Below are positions 29,393 to 39,465 of a DNA stretch of 64,000 nt, piece after piece (the first letter of the stretch is position 1; each line of letters starts with the position of its first letter). Location of the stretch: assembly GCA_964653095.1 (NCBI GenBank), contig CAZZEH010000003.1, positions 4,651-68,650 on the forward strand. The letters run 5' to 3'. The DNA comes from an uncultured Chitinophagales bacterium. Lineage in GTDB: Bacteria > Bacteroidota > Bacteroidia > Chitinophagales > JADIYW01. The notes below the pieces were generated by a model. It was not told where the DNA came from, ran no database searches, and was given only the letters and a program-made list of their open reading frames with translations. Both the position numbers and the translations under genes were made by a program.

Positions 29393-32300
29393 GTTTCAAT
29401 TCCAGTATGGTGCGATTAAGAGCGGTCAATGTATGACTGAATGTTTGCAGAAACAATGTTTCAATTCCAGTATGGTGCGATTAAGAGTTTGCTCATCTAC
29501 CTTTCTAACGTAGAGAATGATGTTTCAATTCCAGTATGGTGCGATTAAGAGAAGGATGGAAACACTTAAGATTACACGTTGGAGATTGTTTCAATTCCAG
29601 TGTGGTGCGATTAAGAGCCTGCCTTATACTAAGTTTCCCAGCAAAGAAGAAACGTTTCAATTCCAGTGTGGTGCGATTAAGAGGGTGCGAGTAATGTATC
29701 TGTCATAGGTTGAAGCAAAGTTTCAATTCCAGTGTGGTGCGATTAAGAGAATGTTCAGTGTTCCAAATGAAGCGATTCAAAGAAGTTTCAATTCCAGTGT
29801 GGTGCGATTAAGAGGATTGAAGAAGAATTAATATTGACATATTTAAGACCGTTTCAATTCCAGTGTGGTGCGATTAAGAGTCTGTAGTAATATTTACCAT
29901 TTAATTTTTCAAACAAGTTTCAATTCCAGTGTGGTGCGATTAAGAGATAATAAGTAGCTTCCAGTCCCGGCAGTGCAGCTTGTTTCAATTCCAGTGTGGT
30001 GCGATTAAGAGACGGCTTCGGGCAGGCCGTTAATCTTTCCGTGTCTGGTTTCAATTCCAGTGTGGTGCGATTAAGAGAATATCTTCTACATAATCGCCGC
30101 TTCCAAATTTATGTTTCAATTCCAGTGTGGTGCGATTAAGAGCCAAAAGAGATTCTTCTTGAAAAGGGGAATTTCTTGTTTCAATTCCAGTGTGGTGCGA
30201 TTAAGAGTCCGTCACTATCAATATTTATAAAAAAATATAACCAGTTTCAATTCCAGTGTGGTGCGATTAAGAGCACTCAGCGACTTCTGGAAAACAATAG
30301 AATACTTAGGTTTCAATTCCAGTGTGGTGCGATTAAGAGGCCGTGGACACCGGTTACTATGACACCTCCAGGCAAGTTTCAATTCCAGTGTGGTGCGATT
30401 AAGAGACCGTCCGCTTTGATAAGCAGGAAGCCGTCATCAAAGTTTCAATTCCAGTGTGGTGCGATTAAGAGACCCTTCCTCCTGCCAGCCGAGTGAGGTA
30501 ATCTCATGTTTCAATTCCAGTGTGGTGCGATTAAGAGTATAACTCAGGATCGGCCTTTACAGGTCGTTCTTTTTGTTTCAATTCCAGTGTGGTGCGATTA
30601 AGAGCTGGAGGTTTTATTAGGCATGAAAATACCTAAAGAGTTTCAATTCCAGTGTGGTGCGATTAAGAGCCTGCTGCGGAAACCAAAGACCGGTCTCCCT
30701 TCCCTGTTTCAATTCCAGTGTGGTGCGATTAAGAGTTAGGTCATGGAGTGCACAGGTAATGAAAGTCTATTGTTTCAATTCCAGTGTGGTGCGATTAAGA
30801 GTTACATCCGGACAAATACGGTGTTTAGGGAATATGCGGTTTCAATTCCAGTGTGGTGCGATTAAGAGATCACCTTTTGCGGTTTATACCTACGAAAATC
30901 ACAAGTTTCAATTCCAGTGTGGTGCGATTAAGAGCGACCCATTATCAACCTGCTGAGAGTACGGGACAAGTTTCAATTCCAGTGTGGTGCGATTAAGAGA
31001 GAAAATAATAACGGATAAAGGTATCTGTTATTTATGTTTCAATTCCAGTGTGGTGCGATTAAGAGCCTTGTAAAAGAATTAAAAGAAAAGTTGAGATAAT
31101 GGTTTCAATTCCAGTGTGGTGCGATTAAGAGTGGGAGATAATCATTGACATACGCTCAAAATCGCTGTTTCAATTCCAGTGTGGTGCGATTAAGAGTTTG
31201 CAGAAATACAGGATTGATGAACTTAGAAAAAAGTTTCAATTCCAGTGTGGTGCGATTAAGAGTGCTGTAAGATGTATTCCTCCATATAAGTGAATAAGTT
31301 TCAATTCCAGTGTGGTGCGATTAAGAGTTGACGAAGCTTCATTTTTAGCTGAAATATCAGGGTTTCAATTCCAGTGTGGTGCGATTAAGAGCTATCAATC
31401 ATGAAAGCTTCAACTGCTCCGATATTTGTTTCAATTCCAGTGTGGTGCGATTAAGAGTTTGTACTCCTAAATTTAAACCATTGGACCAGGCAAGTTTCAA
31501 TTCCAGTGTGGTGCGATTAAGAGATTCTACAATTCTGTCATCTTGAACATCTAAGCCTGGTTTCAATTCCAGTGTGGTGCGATTAAGAGAGTATCTGACC
31601 AAATAGAGATACTGCTGATTTTAGTTTCAATTCCAGTGTGGTGCGATTAAGAGTCTTTTTCCCAGCCTGTTGCTAAGAAGATTTCTTTGTTTCAATTCCA
31701 GTGTGGTGCGATTAAGAGAAAACAGGAATTGAATTAATTGCCGAAGAAAGGCAGGTTTCAATTCCAGTGTGGTGCGATTAAGAGCGGAATATTATGGCAA
31801 GAAAAATGCTGTAAATGCTAGTTTCAATTCCAGTGTGGTGCGATTAAGAGTTCCTTTGGAGGGTGGTAGAGTTGCGTTTGAGTACAGTTTCAATTCCAGT
31901 GTGGTGCGATTAAGAGTTGCTTAGGTCTTGAAATTAGTGTCGCAAGAATCCCGTTTCAATTCCAGTGTGGTGCGATTAAGAGCTTTTTATGATTATTTCC
32001 CCGATGGTTCGGACGAATGTTTCAATTCCAGTGTGGTGCGATTAAGAGTACTAAGCAAAACAACGGAAACATACCTGAAAGAGGTTTCAATTCCAGTGTG
32101 GTGCGATTAAGAGTCCTGCATTTGCGATATTGGAAGGCTATGCCTTTGAGTTTCAATTCCAGTGTGGTGCGATTAAGAGAATGAAAGAGGGCACTGTCTT
32201 CAAAGAGCTGAAATAGTTTCAATTCCAGTGTGGTGCGATTAAGAGTGAAGTGTTACAGACATCTGGTAGTACTGAGAATTGTTTCAATTCCAGTGTGGTG

Positions 32301-34740
32301 CGATTAAGAGAATTCGCTCATGTAGGTGAGCAAGCTATCTTAAACAGTTTCAATTCCAGTGTGGTGCGATTAAGAGTTCAAGCTATTTTGTTACGTTGAC
32401 TTACGAGGTGCGTTTCAATTCCAGTGTGGTGCGATTAAGAGACAGACATCTAGTAGTACTGAGAATTCAGAAGGTACGGTTTCAATTCCAGTGTGGTGCG
32501 ATTAAGAGAGTAAAGTAGTCATGTTCCCACGCACGGTTAAAGGTGTTTCAATTCCAGTGTGGTGCGATTAAGAGTGCGACTGCTGCCGGGCAATGAATGA
32601 GGGTGATACAGTTTCAATTCCAGTGTGGTGCGATTAAGAGAACTTTCTGCTGATATTGATAAGATTAATGATGAACGGTTTCAATTCCAGTGTGGTGCGA
32701 TTAAGAGCACTCCGGTCATTGAGACTACAGGTGATGCGCTCAAGTTTCAATTCCAGTGTGGTGCGATTAAGAGAAGGCAGAGACTTCAAAGAAGCCACTT
32801 CACAGCTGCGTTTCAATTCCAGTGTGGTGCGATTAAGAGCAGAGGAAATTATTCAAGAGGTAAGAGAAAACCTCGGTTTCAATTCCAGTGTGGTGCGATT
32901 AAGAGATAAGATAATTGCTCAAACAAAAGGTATAAAGGCTAGTTTCAATTCCAGTGTGGTGCGATTAAGAGCACTGCAGGTGATGTGTCTTCGTTCTTTT
33001 CTGTCCAGTTTCAATTCCAGTGTGGTGCGATTAAGAGGGCTAAAGGCTGCAGGTCTTAATCCTCATTTGATGGTTTCAATTCCAGTGTGGTGCGATTAAG
33101 AGGAAGCAGATACTTGATTCTATGAATACGTACTACAGTTTCAATTCCAGTGTGGTGCGATTAAGAGAATCGAAACTTTTGGAAAAAATCGCAGGAGCTG
33201 CACGTTTCAATTCCAGTGTGGTGCGATTAAGAGAAGTTTGATTATTTTCTCTAACCACATCCGTAGTTAGTTTCAATTCCAGTGTGGTGCGATTAAGAGA
33301 CGCAAACTAATGGAGTCACAACGTTTTATTTCTAGTTTCAATTCCAGTGTGGTGCGATTAAGAGAAAACGATAGATGTTTTTGTGAAGATGCGTAATCAG
33401 TTTCAATTCCAGTGTGGTGCGATTAAGAGTGTCCGAAAAATTGCAATAAAGACCCTCAATGTCAGGTTTCAATTCCAGTGTGGTGCGATTAAGAGGCCGT
33501 ACGCAACTGAGTAATAGTACCTGACAACACGTTTCAATTCCAGTGTGGTGCGATTAAGAGGCCTTAATATTCAAGAAGATATGAGCATAACAAGCGTTTC
33601 AATTCCAGTGTGGTGCGATTAAGAGTAAAAACTTTATTGACCTTCAAGCTATCGAGGTTTGTTTCAATTCCAGTGTGGTGCGATTAAGAGGGGACAAATC
33701 CGAAACAGTCGGGTCTGGAGTATCTAGTTTCAATTCCAGTGTGGTGCGATTAAGAGTTAACTGAGAAGCAGATGCGTCAAGGTCTTATGAAGTTTCAATT
33801 CCAGTGTGGTGCGATTAAGAGCGTTATTTCTGGTGTTGGCACAGGTCTTGCAGCTCTGTTTCAATTCCAGTGTGGTGCGATTAAGAGACCCACCACCCAT
33901 TCATGAGGATTCCACCCGGGTACGTTTCAATTCCAGTGTGGTGCGATTAAGAGCTTATTAGACCTGTACCACCAACAGGCTCACCAGCAGTTTCAATTCC
34001 AGTGTGGTGCGATTAAGAGAAATCTATTCTGAGCATGATTTATTCGGTATTACTGTTTCAATTCCAGTGTGGTGCGATTAAGAGCTTATTAGCCACATTA
34101 AATATAATAATATGAATGTGGTTTCAATTCCAGTGTGGTGCGATTAAGAGAGCAACCATGACAATAAAAACACCCATTTCATATTAGTTTCAATTCCAGT
34201 GTGGTGCGATTAAGAGTAAATCTGAAAGAAGAGCACATGCCCGAAATTCAAGTTTCAATTCCAGTGTGGTGCGATTAAGAGTACCCCGTCAGAGTGAGTG
34301 TTACAGTGCCGTATTTCGTTTCAATTCCAGTGTGGTGCGATTAAGAGAGCTCGATGATATTCATACGGTAATCACTCAGCGACGTTTCAATTCCAGTGTG
34401 GTGCGATTAAGAGTTAAAAAAATGAATAAATAAAATTTGCGGTAAGGGCGTTTCAATTCCAGTGTGGTGCGATTAAGAGTTCCGTTTCTGTTCTGTAAGG
34501 TTACATCTACAGTGTTTCAATTCCAGTGTGGTGCGATTAAGAGAGAACAAGAAAAGAAAAGACTGTGTATATCCGTGTGGTTTCAATTCCAGTGTGGTGC
34601 GATTAAGAGTTAGCAGGTGCAGCAATTGGAAAAGCCATAAGTATGTTTCAATTCCAGTGTGGTGCGATTAAGAGATGGTTTTTGTTCATAATCTCTATGC
34701 TCTTTCTCAAGTTTCAATTCCAGTGTGGTGCGATTAAGAG
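29393..34740 (-). CRISPR. CRISPR array with 82 repeats of 30 nt and 81 spacers of 34-37 nt
   Basis: The plus-strand repeat is GTTTCAATTCCAGTGTGGTGCGATTAAGAG. I counted repeats line by line. On the minus strand the repeat reads CTCTTAATCGCACCACACTGGAATTGAAAC, ending in the typical 8-nt crRNA handle ATTGAAAC. The three repeats at the 29.4-kb end carry a G-to-A variant (CCAGTATGG), which marks the trailer end. Confidence 0.97.
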
Positions 34741-34946
34741 CCGTAAAGTTAAAAAACTTTATCTATTAATTATCAATGACTTAAAAGATTTGGACACGAA
34801 CTTTCAGACAGTTCTTGTCGTCCACCTGCTATAGCTGATTTTCCCCTTAAGATAGACGACATTGTAATTAACAGACAACCAGCAATTTGTATCTCAATAC
34901 GTCAAAGAACTGTTCTTTTACTTTCAAAATATTAACAGATAGACGA
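34741..34946 (-). promoter_or_regulatory. putative CRISPR leader
   Basis: A 206-bp AT-rich non-coding stretch between the cas2 stop and the consensus-repeat end of the array. Confidence 0.6.
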
Positions 34947-35210
34947 TTATAAAAATGTATCAAGTTCATTTTTATTTTTTCCTATTACTTCCTTTTCTAA
35001 CCATTTTTCATCTCGGCTGGAAAAGATTATCAAACTATCATAGTCCTTATCCATCAACTGCTCCGCTTTAAACTTTAACTCTCTTAATTTCGATGGGCTT
35101 AATTCACCTTCGAATACAGAGTTTTGAATCCAATTCAAATACCGTCTGCACAGTTTTAGCATTTTCCCTACCCTTTCCTGCGCTATGTCATACACTAATA
35201 TTATATACAT
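34947..35210 (-). CDS. cas2: CRISPR-associated endoribonuclease Cas2
   Basis: MYIILVYDI... is a typical Cas2 beta1 start, giving 87 aa. The longer ORF-track start would read through a 16-nt tandem repeat. Confidence 0.9.
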   Translation of the reverse strand: MYIILVYDIAQERVGKMLKLCRRYLNWIQNSVFEGELSPSKLRELKFKAEQLMDKDYDSLIIFSSRDEKWLEKEVIGKNKNELDTFL

Positions 35211-35221
35211 CCTTTTACTAT

Positions 35222-35299
35222 ATTGAGTGATGTTGTGATTGAGTGATGTTGTGATTGAGTGATGTTGTAGTTTCTTACACCATATCTCCATCACTCCAT
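35222..35299. repeat. minisatellite in the cas1-cas2 gap
   Basis: ATTGAGTGATGTTGTG x3 (16-nt unit) is followed by an inverted CTCCATCACTCCAT. Confidence 0.85.
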
Positions 35300-35306
35300 A
35301 TTTTAC

Positions 35307-36311
35307 TTACCACCAAGCTTTAAATGGCTGATAATCTTCAATATTCATAATGTGCTTCACTAATTTATACACCTCCAATTTAACTAAATGTTTATAACTC
35401 ACGCTCTTATTTAGTTTTCTGTGTTGAATAGTCTGACTCAGCTTAGTTTCCCAATCTTTAAGCACCTTTTTCCTCCCCCTATCATTCAAAAGGCAGCTAT
35501 TTAGGTTCTTATTGAAATCCTTTTCGCTCAGTACCTTTTTATTTAACAATGAAAAAATGAGCCTATCCACCAAAAGAGGTTTAAACACTTCAGATATGTC
35601 CAAAGCTAAGGAGTACCTCCTGTATCCGGGCTCATGCAAAAAACTAATAGTAGGGTTTAATTGCGTGTGATATATCTGATCCAAACACAATGTATAACAC
35701 ATCATATTTGTAAAAGATATTAATGCATTCACTTCATTTGAAGGAGGCTGTTTGGTTCGGTTTCCCATTTCAAAATCTGTAATAATTTCGTCAAATGCCC
35801 GATAATATGCCTGTCTAATATTTCCCTCATATCCCATCAACTCTGCTACATTCTTAGCTTCTTTTCTATCAAAATCATATTCTTCTATCTGGCTAATAAT
35901 ATCTGATACTTCGCGCCCTCGACTTTGATAATATTTAAGATTTCTAAGCATGTTTGCAGCCGCACCATCTATCAGTCGATGCGCAAGGTCTAAGCGTTTT
36001 GACTTACTGAGGTAAGCCTTGGTCTGTTCCACAATAACTTTACCACTCAACAAATAATCTTTGGGCATAAAACTTCCGGTGTAATGTTCATAGTAATCGA
36101 AAAAATGTACTGGTATCTGATTTTTACCTAAGAAATTATACATCGCACTATTGGCATCTAATGCCCCAAAACAATACAAACTCTTAATACCCTCTATCGG
36201 TAAATATTTTACCGGAAGGCTCTCGCCTTTTTCATTGACTAAGTCAAAACGAAGTGTGTTGTCTTTGCGACTGATCCGCCCGGGATTAAACAGGTAATAT
36301 GTCTTTTTCAT
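35307..36311 (-). CDS. cas1: CRISPR-associated endonuclease Cas1
   Basis: 334 aa with an N-terminal YYLFNPGRISRKDNTLRF pattern typical of Cas1 from I-B/I-D-type loci. Adjacent to cas2 and cas4. Confidence 0.9.
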   Translation of the reverse strand: MKKTYYLFNPGRISRKDNTLRFDLVNEKGESLPVKYLPIEGIKSLYCFGALDANSAMYNFLGKNQIPVHFFDYYEHYTGSFMPKDYLLSGKVIVEQTKAYLSKSKRLDLAHRLIDGAAANMLRNLKYYQSRGREVSDIISQIEEYDFDRKEAKNVAELMGYEGNIRQAYYRAFDEIITDFEMGNRTKQPPSNEVNALISFTNMMCYTLCLDQIYHTQLNPTISFLHEPGYRRYSLALDISEVFKPLLVDRLIFSLLNKKVLSEKDFNKNLNSCLLNDRGRKKVLKDWETKLSQTIQHRKLNKSVSYKHLVKLEVYKLVKHIMNIEDYQPFKAWW

Positions 36312-36388
36312 GGAGTGATGGAGTGATTGGGTGATGAATGATGGAGTGATTGGGTGATTGGGTGATGAGTGATTGGGTGATTGGGTGA
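36312..36388. repeat. minisatellite in the gap between the four-helix-bundle gene and cas1
   Basis: About 9 tandem 8-nt units GGAGTGAT / TGGGTGAT / GAGTGAT on the plus strand fill the whole intergenic gap. Confidence 0.9.
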
Positions 36389-36760
36389 TTATTTACTTAA
36401 TCTATGAGAAACTGATTTTCTATAAGCTGACATAACTTTAAGTACTTCTAGTGCTTCATTTTGAATATCTTTGATTTCATCTAATTCAATAAACTTCCCT
36501 TCAACCAATAACTCTAACCAAAATACAGACTCATCAGCCTCCTCGACAACTATGCATAATTTTGCAAATAGTTCCCTGTCCGACCTTGCCCTACATGAAG
36601 CTCTGTAATTAGCCGCAACAGACGTAACAGAACGTATCAATTGTTTTCTGATAATGCTCAATGCATCTGAATATTTTAATTCTGCTGTCTTTTCTATAAC
36701 CGAAAGTGACAAACTCTTTGTTCGTATCCTAAACTCTTCATTAAAATCAGCTTGTTTCAT
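36389..36760 (-). CDS. four-helix-bundle protein (23S rRNA intervening-sequence protein / Avd-like family)
   Basis: 123 aa, all-helical, with family hallmarks SVAANYRASCRARS and ESVFWLELL. Confidence 0.75.
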   Translation of the reverse strand: MKQADFNEEFRIRTKSLSLSVIEKTAELKYSDALSIIRKQLIRSVTSVAANYRASCRARSDRELFAKLCIVVEEADESVFWLELLVEGKFIELDEIKDIQNEALEVLKVMSAYRKSVSHRLSK

Positions 36761-36878
36761 GGCGTTTTATTTTAAAATTCTCAGCGTCTTTCACTCTCAC
36801 CACCCTACTCTATTTCCGTCATTCTCTGATGATACGCTTTTTAAATCTGAGACTTCACTCTCTCAACACTTTTCTCCA

Positions 36879-37406
36879 TCATTCCATAATATAACAAAAA
36901 TCATAATAGCTGCAACTTTTACAAATTCTTGCATTGAGTACCGGAGGACATTTTTCACTATTTAACAGAGCCTGAATTTCAGCTGTTAACGCTTTTAAAT
37001 ATTCTACATCTTTTTCCTCCAAATAGACAATTTCTCTTTCTCTCATTTTAGGATATTCGATAATTCCCTTACTGGCAGGAATCTCATTAAGCAAGAGTAG
37101 CCATAAATAAAATTTCACCTGCCATATATGGGCTTCTTCGACTTTATTACTTCTTTTTGTCTCATGAATGACACCTTCATGTCTATCGTAAAAGTCTATT
37201 TTCCCAACAAGCGTTAAATCTCCCCAATCAAATGAAAGTTCCAATTGCTCATACTGAGAGCTTCTGTCGGAATAACTTTCCGCTTCTATCACTTTGCCAT
37301 CATATACCAAATCCGAAGTATGCTCCATCTGAATGCCTGTTGCAAATAACCAAAGTTTCCTTTTACAAAGGCGATAATAATTGATATGTGTTCCGGTGAG
37401 GTTCAT
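36879..37406 (-). CDS. cas4: CRISPR-associated exonuclease Cas4
   Basis: N-terminal Cys (YRLCKRKLW), RecB-type motifs (DFYD, ETKRS) and a C-terminal CKSCSYYDFC Fe-S cysteine cluster. Confidence 0.85.
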   Translation of the reverse strand: MNLTGTHINYYRLCKRKLWLFATGIQMEHTSDLVYDGKVIEAESYSDRSSQYEQLELSFDWGDLTLVGKIDFYDRHEGVIHETKRSNKVEEAHIWQVKFYLWLLLLNEIPASKGIIEYPKMREREIVYLEEKDVEYLKALTAEIQALLNSEKCPPVLNARICKSCSYYDFCYIME

Positions 37407-37430
37407 AGAAAGGAATTTTATAAGTACATT

Positions 37431-39464
37431 TTATAAAAACTGATCATTATTTCTTATTGATTCAATTTTTAGCCTCTTTCTATTAAAAGTGGTTGCCAAT
37501 TTTTTGACTTCAATACAGATTTCAGTTTGTATTTCGTCAATTGGCGTTACTCCTTTTCGAACTTCATTATATATTCTGTCAACTGACCTTATAAAAACAT
37601 TTTTCAAGTCAAATGTATCGCTATAAGAGAGAAAACTATTCTCCATTTTTCCTGTATTAGGAATGGTCGAGACACAATACTGAATATTTTTATCTCTCTC
37701 TTTTAAATTTCCAACTGTATATTTCAGTATTTCAAAAGATTCTTCTTGAATTAGTTTTATATCCTTTACAACCTTATTTTGAAGTATCCAATCTAAAGAA
37801 TATTCAAGTTCTATATTCTTTTCTTCATCGTAAATAAATATGGTTTTTGAATTGTCTCTAAAACTAAGATAAGTGTCTATATAATTTTCCCACCATACAA
37901 CCCATTGAAAGGTTCTTGGAGAGGTTTTTTCTAAGACTAAAAGGTATTTGTCTAATTGTATTTTCTCTGAATCATTTTTTCTTAAAGCTATTCTAACTAA
38001 ACTTTTGATTAGTTTGTCAATTTTAACAAAAAGAAAATATTGTTGTGCATCTTTTCTTTTAAAAAACTCCGTTTCGTTTAGTCGCGTTTTTAAATACTTC
38101 CAAACATTGTAATCTTGATATCTTCTTATTCTATCATTTATACACCATAAATATTCACCAATAAACAGAGGTACTAACTCCTTATAAAACCTTCTGTCTT
38201 GCATTCTGTTTTTGATTATTTCAAGAAATCCGTAGTAATCATATTCAGAACTCAATTTGAATTCACTTTTAATTCTATAATAATTTTTATCAATAGCTAT
38301 AATGATTTTTCCATTTTGTTCTCCACGAGAAATTCTACCAAAACGTTGAACAAAATTTTGAAAGTATCTCCCAGGTTGCATAATACAATAGTCAACATTA
38401 TAATTTACACCTACTTCAGCCTTGTTCGTCGCGATTATTATATTTGCAGACTTCAAAAGTTCCCTTTCAATTACATTTTTTGGTGCATAGCCTGTACTTT
38501 CATATATATTCAAGTTGGGAAATATTTTTTTAAATTCTTGTGACAGCTCTTGAACATAACGTAGTAGATCCAAAATAATTAGTACCCTTTGATTTTTGAT
38601 TACTTCTTTGAGTTCCGGTATTTTATACTGGATTAATTCATCAATTCCCTTACAGTTATAGAACTCTACTTCTAACTGTCCATGAATAGGTCTTGAATTT
38701 TTGCTTGATTCAACTATTTCCTCAACTATTTCTTCAAAACTATAATTATCTTGTTTTAATAATTCTTTCAACTCATTTTCGGGAGTTGCAGAAACAAATA
38801 AAAACCTAACCCCATTGACATTGTCGAATTCTGGTTTATAATGCTGAAGGAATAATTCTCTCAATCTTATCAAAGTTAATACATTGGCTATTTGTGCTTC
38901 ATCATAAAGATGGTATTCATCAAAAATGATGTAATTAAACTTATTTAAAAATGAAGAAAACCTTGTATCACCGGTTTTTTTAGTCCATGAATATTGATGA
39001 TATCCCCCATGCATCGCAAAATTCAAAATATCAGGATTTGTGATTACCAAATCACTGTTTTTAGCAATTTCTATAGCGTACCTCCAACGGTCAAGTCCTT
39101 TCTTTTCAGACTTATCCAATTCCGGTCCAGTTAATTTTGTAATAACTAACTCTGGATAGGTCGATTCAAAATTAGTTGTCAATTCATCGATAAGAGCATT
39201 AGTAGGTAAAACAATCAATCCTCTTACCTCACTTGAGTCGATACCTTTATTTTCTCTTTTGGCATTTAAAACTGGAAAAGGAAACGCATAACTCTTACCT
39301 GTTCCTGTCGGAGCTGTAATTATCGTTATTTCAGGAAGTTTAACAAAGTCTAATTTTACTCTTTTTTGAGATTCATGAAGAAAACACTCTTTACCATTAA
39401 TAATTTCTTTCTCACCAGTTAATGGAACAAATTGGGGTTTAATCTGAATCCTAAAGGTATCCAT
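37431..39464 (-). CDS. cas3: Cas3 helicase without an HD domain (Cas3-prime)
   Basis: SF2 motifs APTGTGKS (I, at about aa 52), DEYH (II) and QRFGRISRG (VI). No H..HD nuclease region precedes motif I. Confidence 0.85.
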   Translation of the reverse strand: MDTFRIQIKPQFVPLTGEKEIINGKECFLHESQKRVKLDFVKLPEITIITAPTGTGKSYAFPFPVLNAKRENKGIDSSEVRGLIVLPTNALIDELTTNFESTYPELVITKLTGPELDKSEKKGLDRWRYAIEIAKNSDLVITNPDILNFAMHGGYHQYSWTKKTGDTRFSSFLNKFNYIIFDEYHLYDEAQIANVLTLIRLRELFLQHYKPEFDNVNGVRFLFVSATPENELKELLKQDNYSFEEIVEEIVESSKNSRPIHGQLEVEFYNCKGIDELIQYKIPELKEVIKNQRVLIILDLLRYVQELSQEFKKIFPNLNIYESTGYAPKNVIERELLKSANIIIATNKAEVGVNYNVDYCIMQPGRYFQNFVQRFGRISRGEQNGKIIIAIDKNYYRIKSEFKLSSEYDYYGFLEIIKNRMQDRRFYKELVPLFIGEYLWCINDRIRRYQDYNVWKYLKTRLNETEFFKRKDAQQYFLFVKIDKLIKSLVRIALRKNDSEKIQLDKYLLVLEKTSPRTFQWVVWWENYIDTYLSFRDNSKTIFIYDEEKNIELEYSLDWILQNKVVKDIKLIQEESFEILKYTVGNLKERDKNIQYCVSTIPNTGKMENSFLSYSDTFDLKNVFIRSVDRIYNEVRKGVTPIDEIQTEICIEVKKLATTFNRKRLKIESIRNNDQFL

Positions 39465-39465
39465 G

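Noticed and set aside
33954-34120. Spacers 70 and 72 both begin with CTTATTAG
   Set aside because: An 8-nt shared prefix among 81 spacers is within chance expectation, and nothing matches beyond it.
30274-34383. Attempt to infer a PAM from flanks rebuilt from the overlapping spacer pairs
   Set aside because: The two pairs give different trinucleotides (GAA and CTG in crRNA sense; AAT and GTT in the opposite sense). Two data points that are inconsistent do not support a PAM call.
29238-34834. Many 60-147-aa ORFs on both strands inside the array (peptides with FQFQCGAIKR, FNSSVVRLR, LNRTTLELK)
   Set aside because: These are translations of the 30-nt CRISPR repeat in different frames, so the periodic peptide motif is an artefact.
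35211-35294. N-terminal 28-aa extension of cas2 in the ORF track (MMEIWCKKLQHHSITTSLNHNITQYSKR)
   Set aside because: The extension is encoded by the 16-nt tandem repeat. Canonical Cas2 starts at MYIILVYDI (35210).
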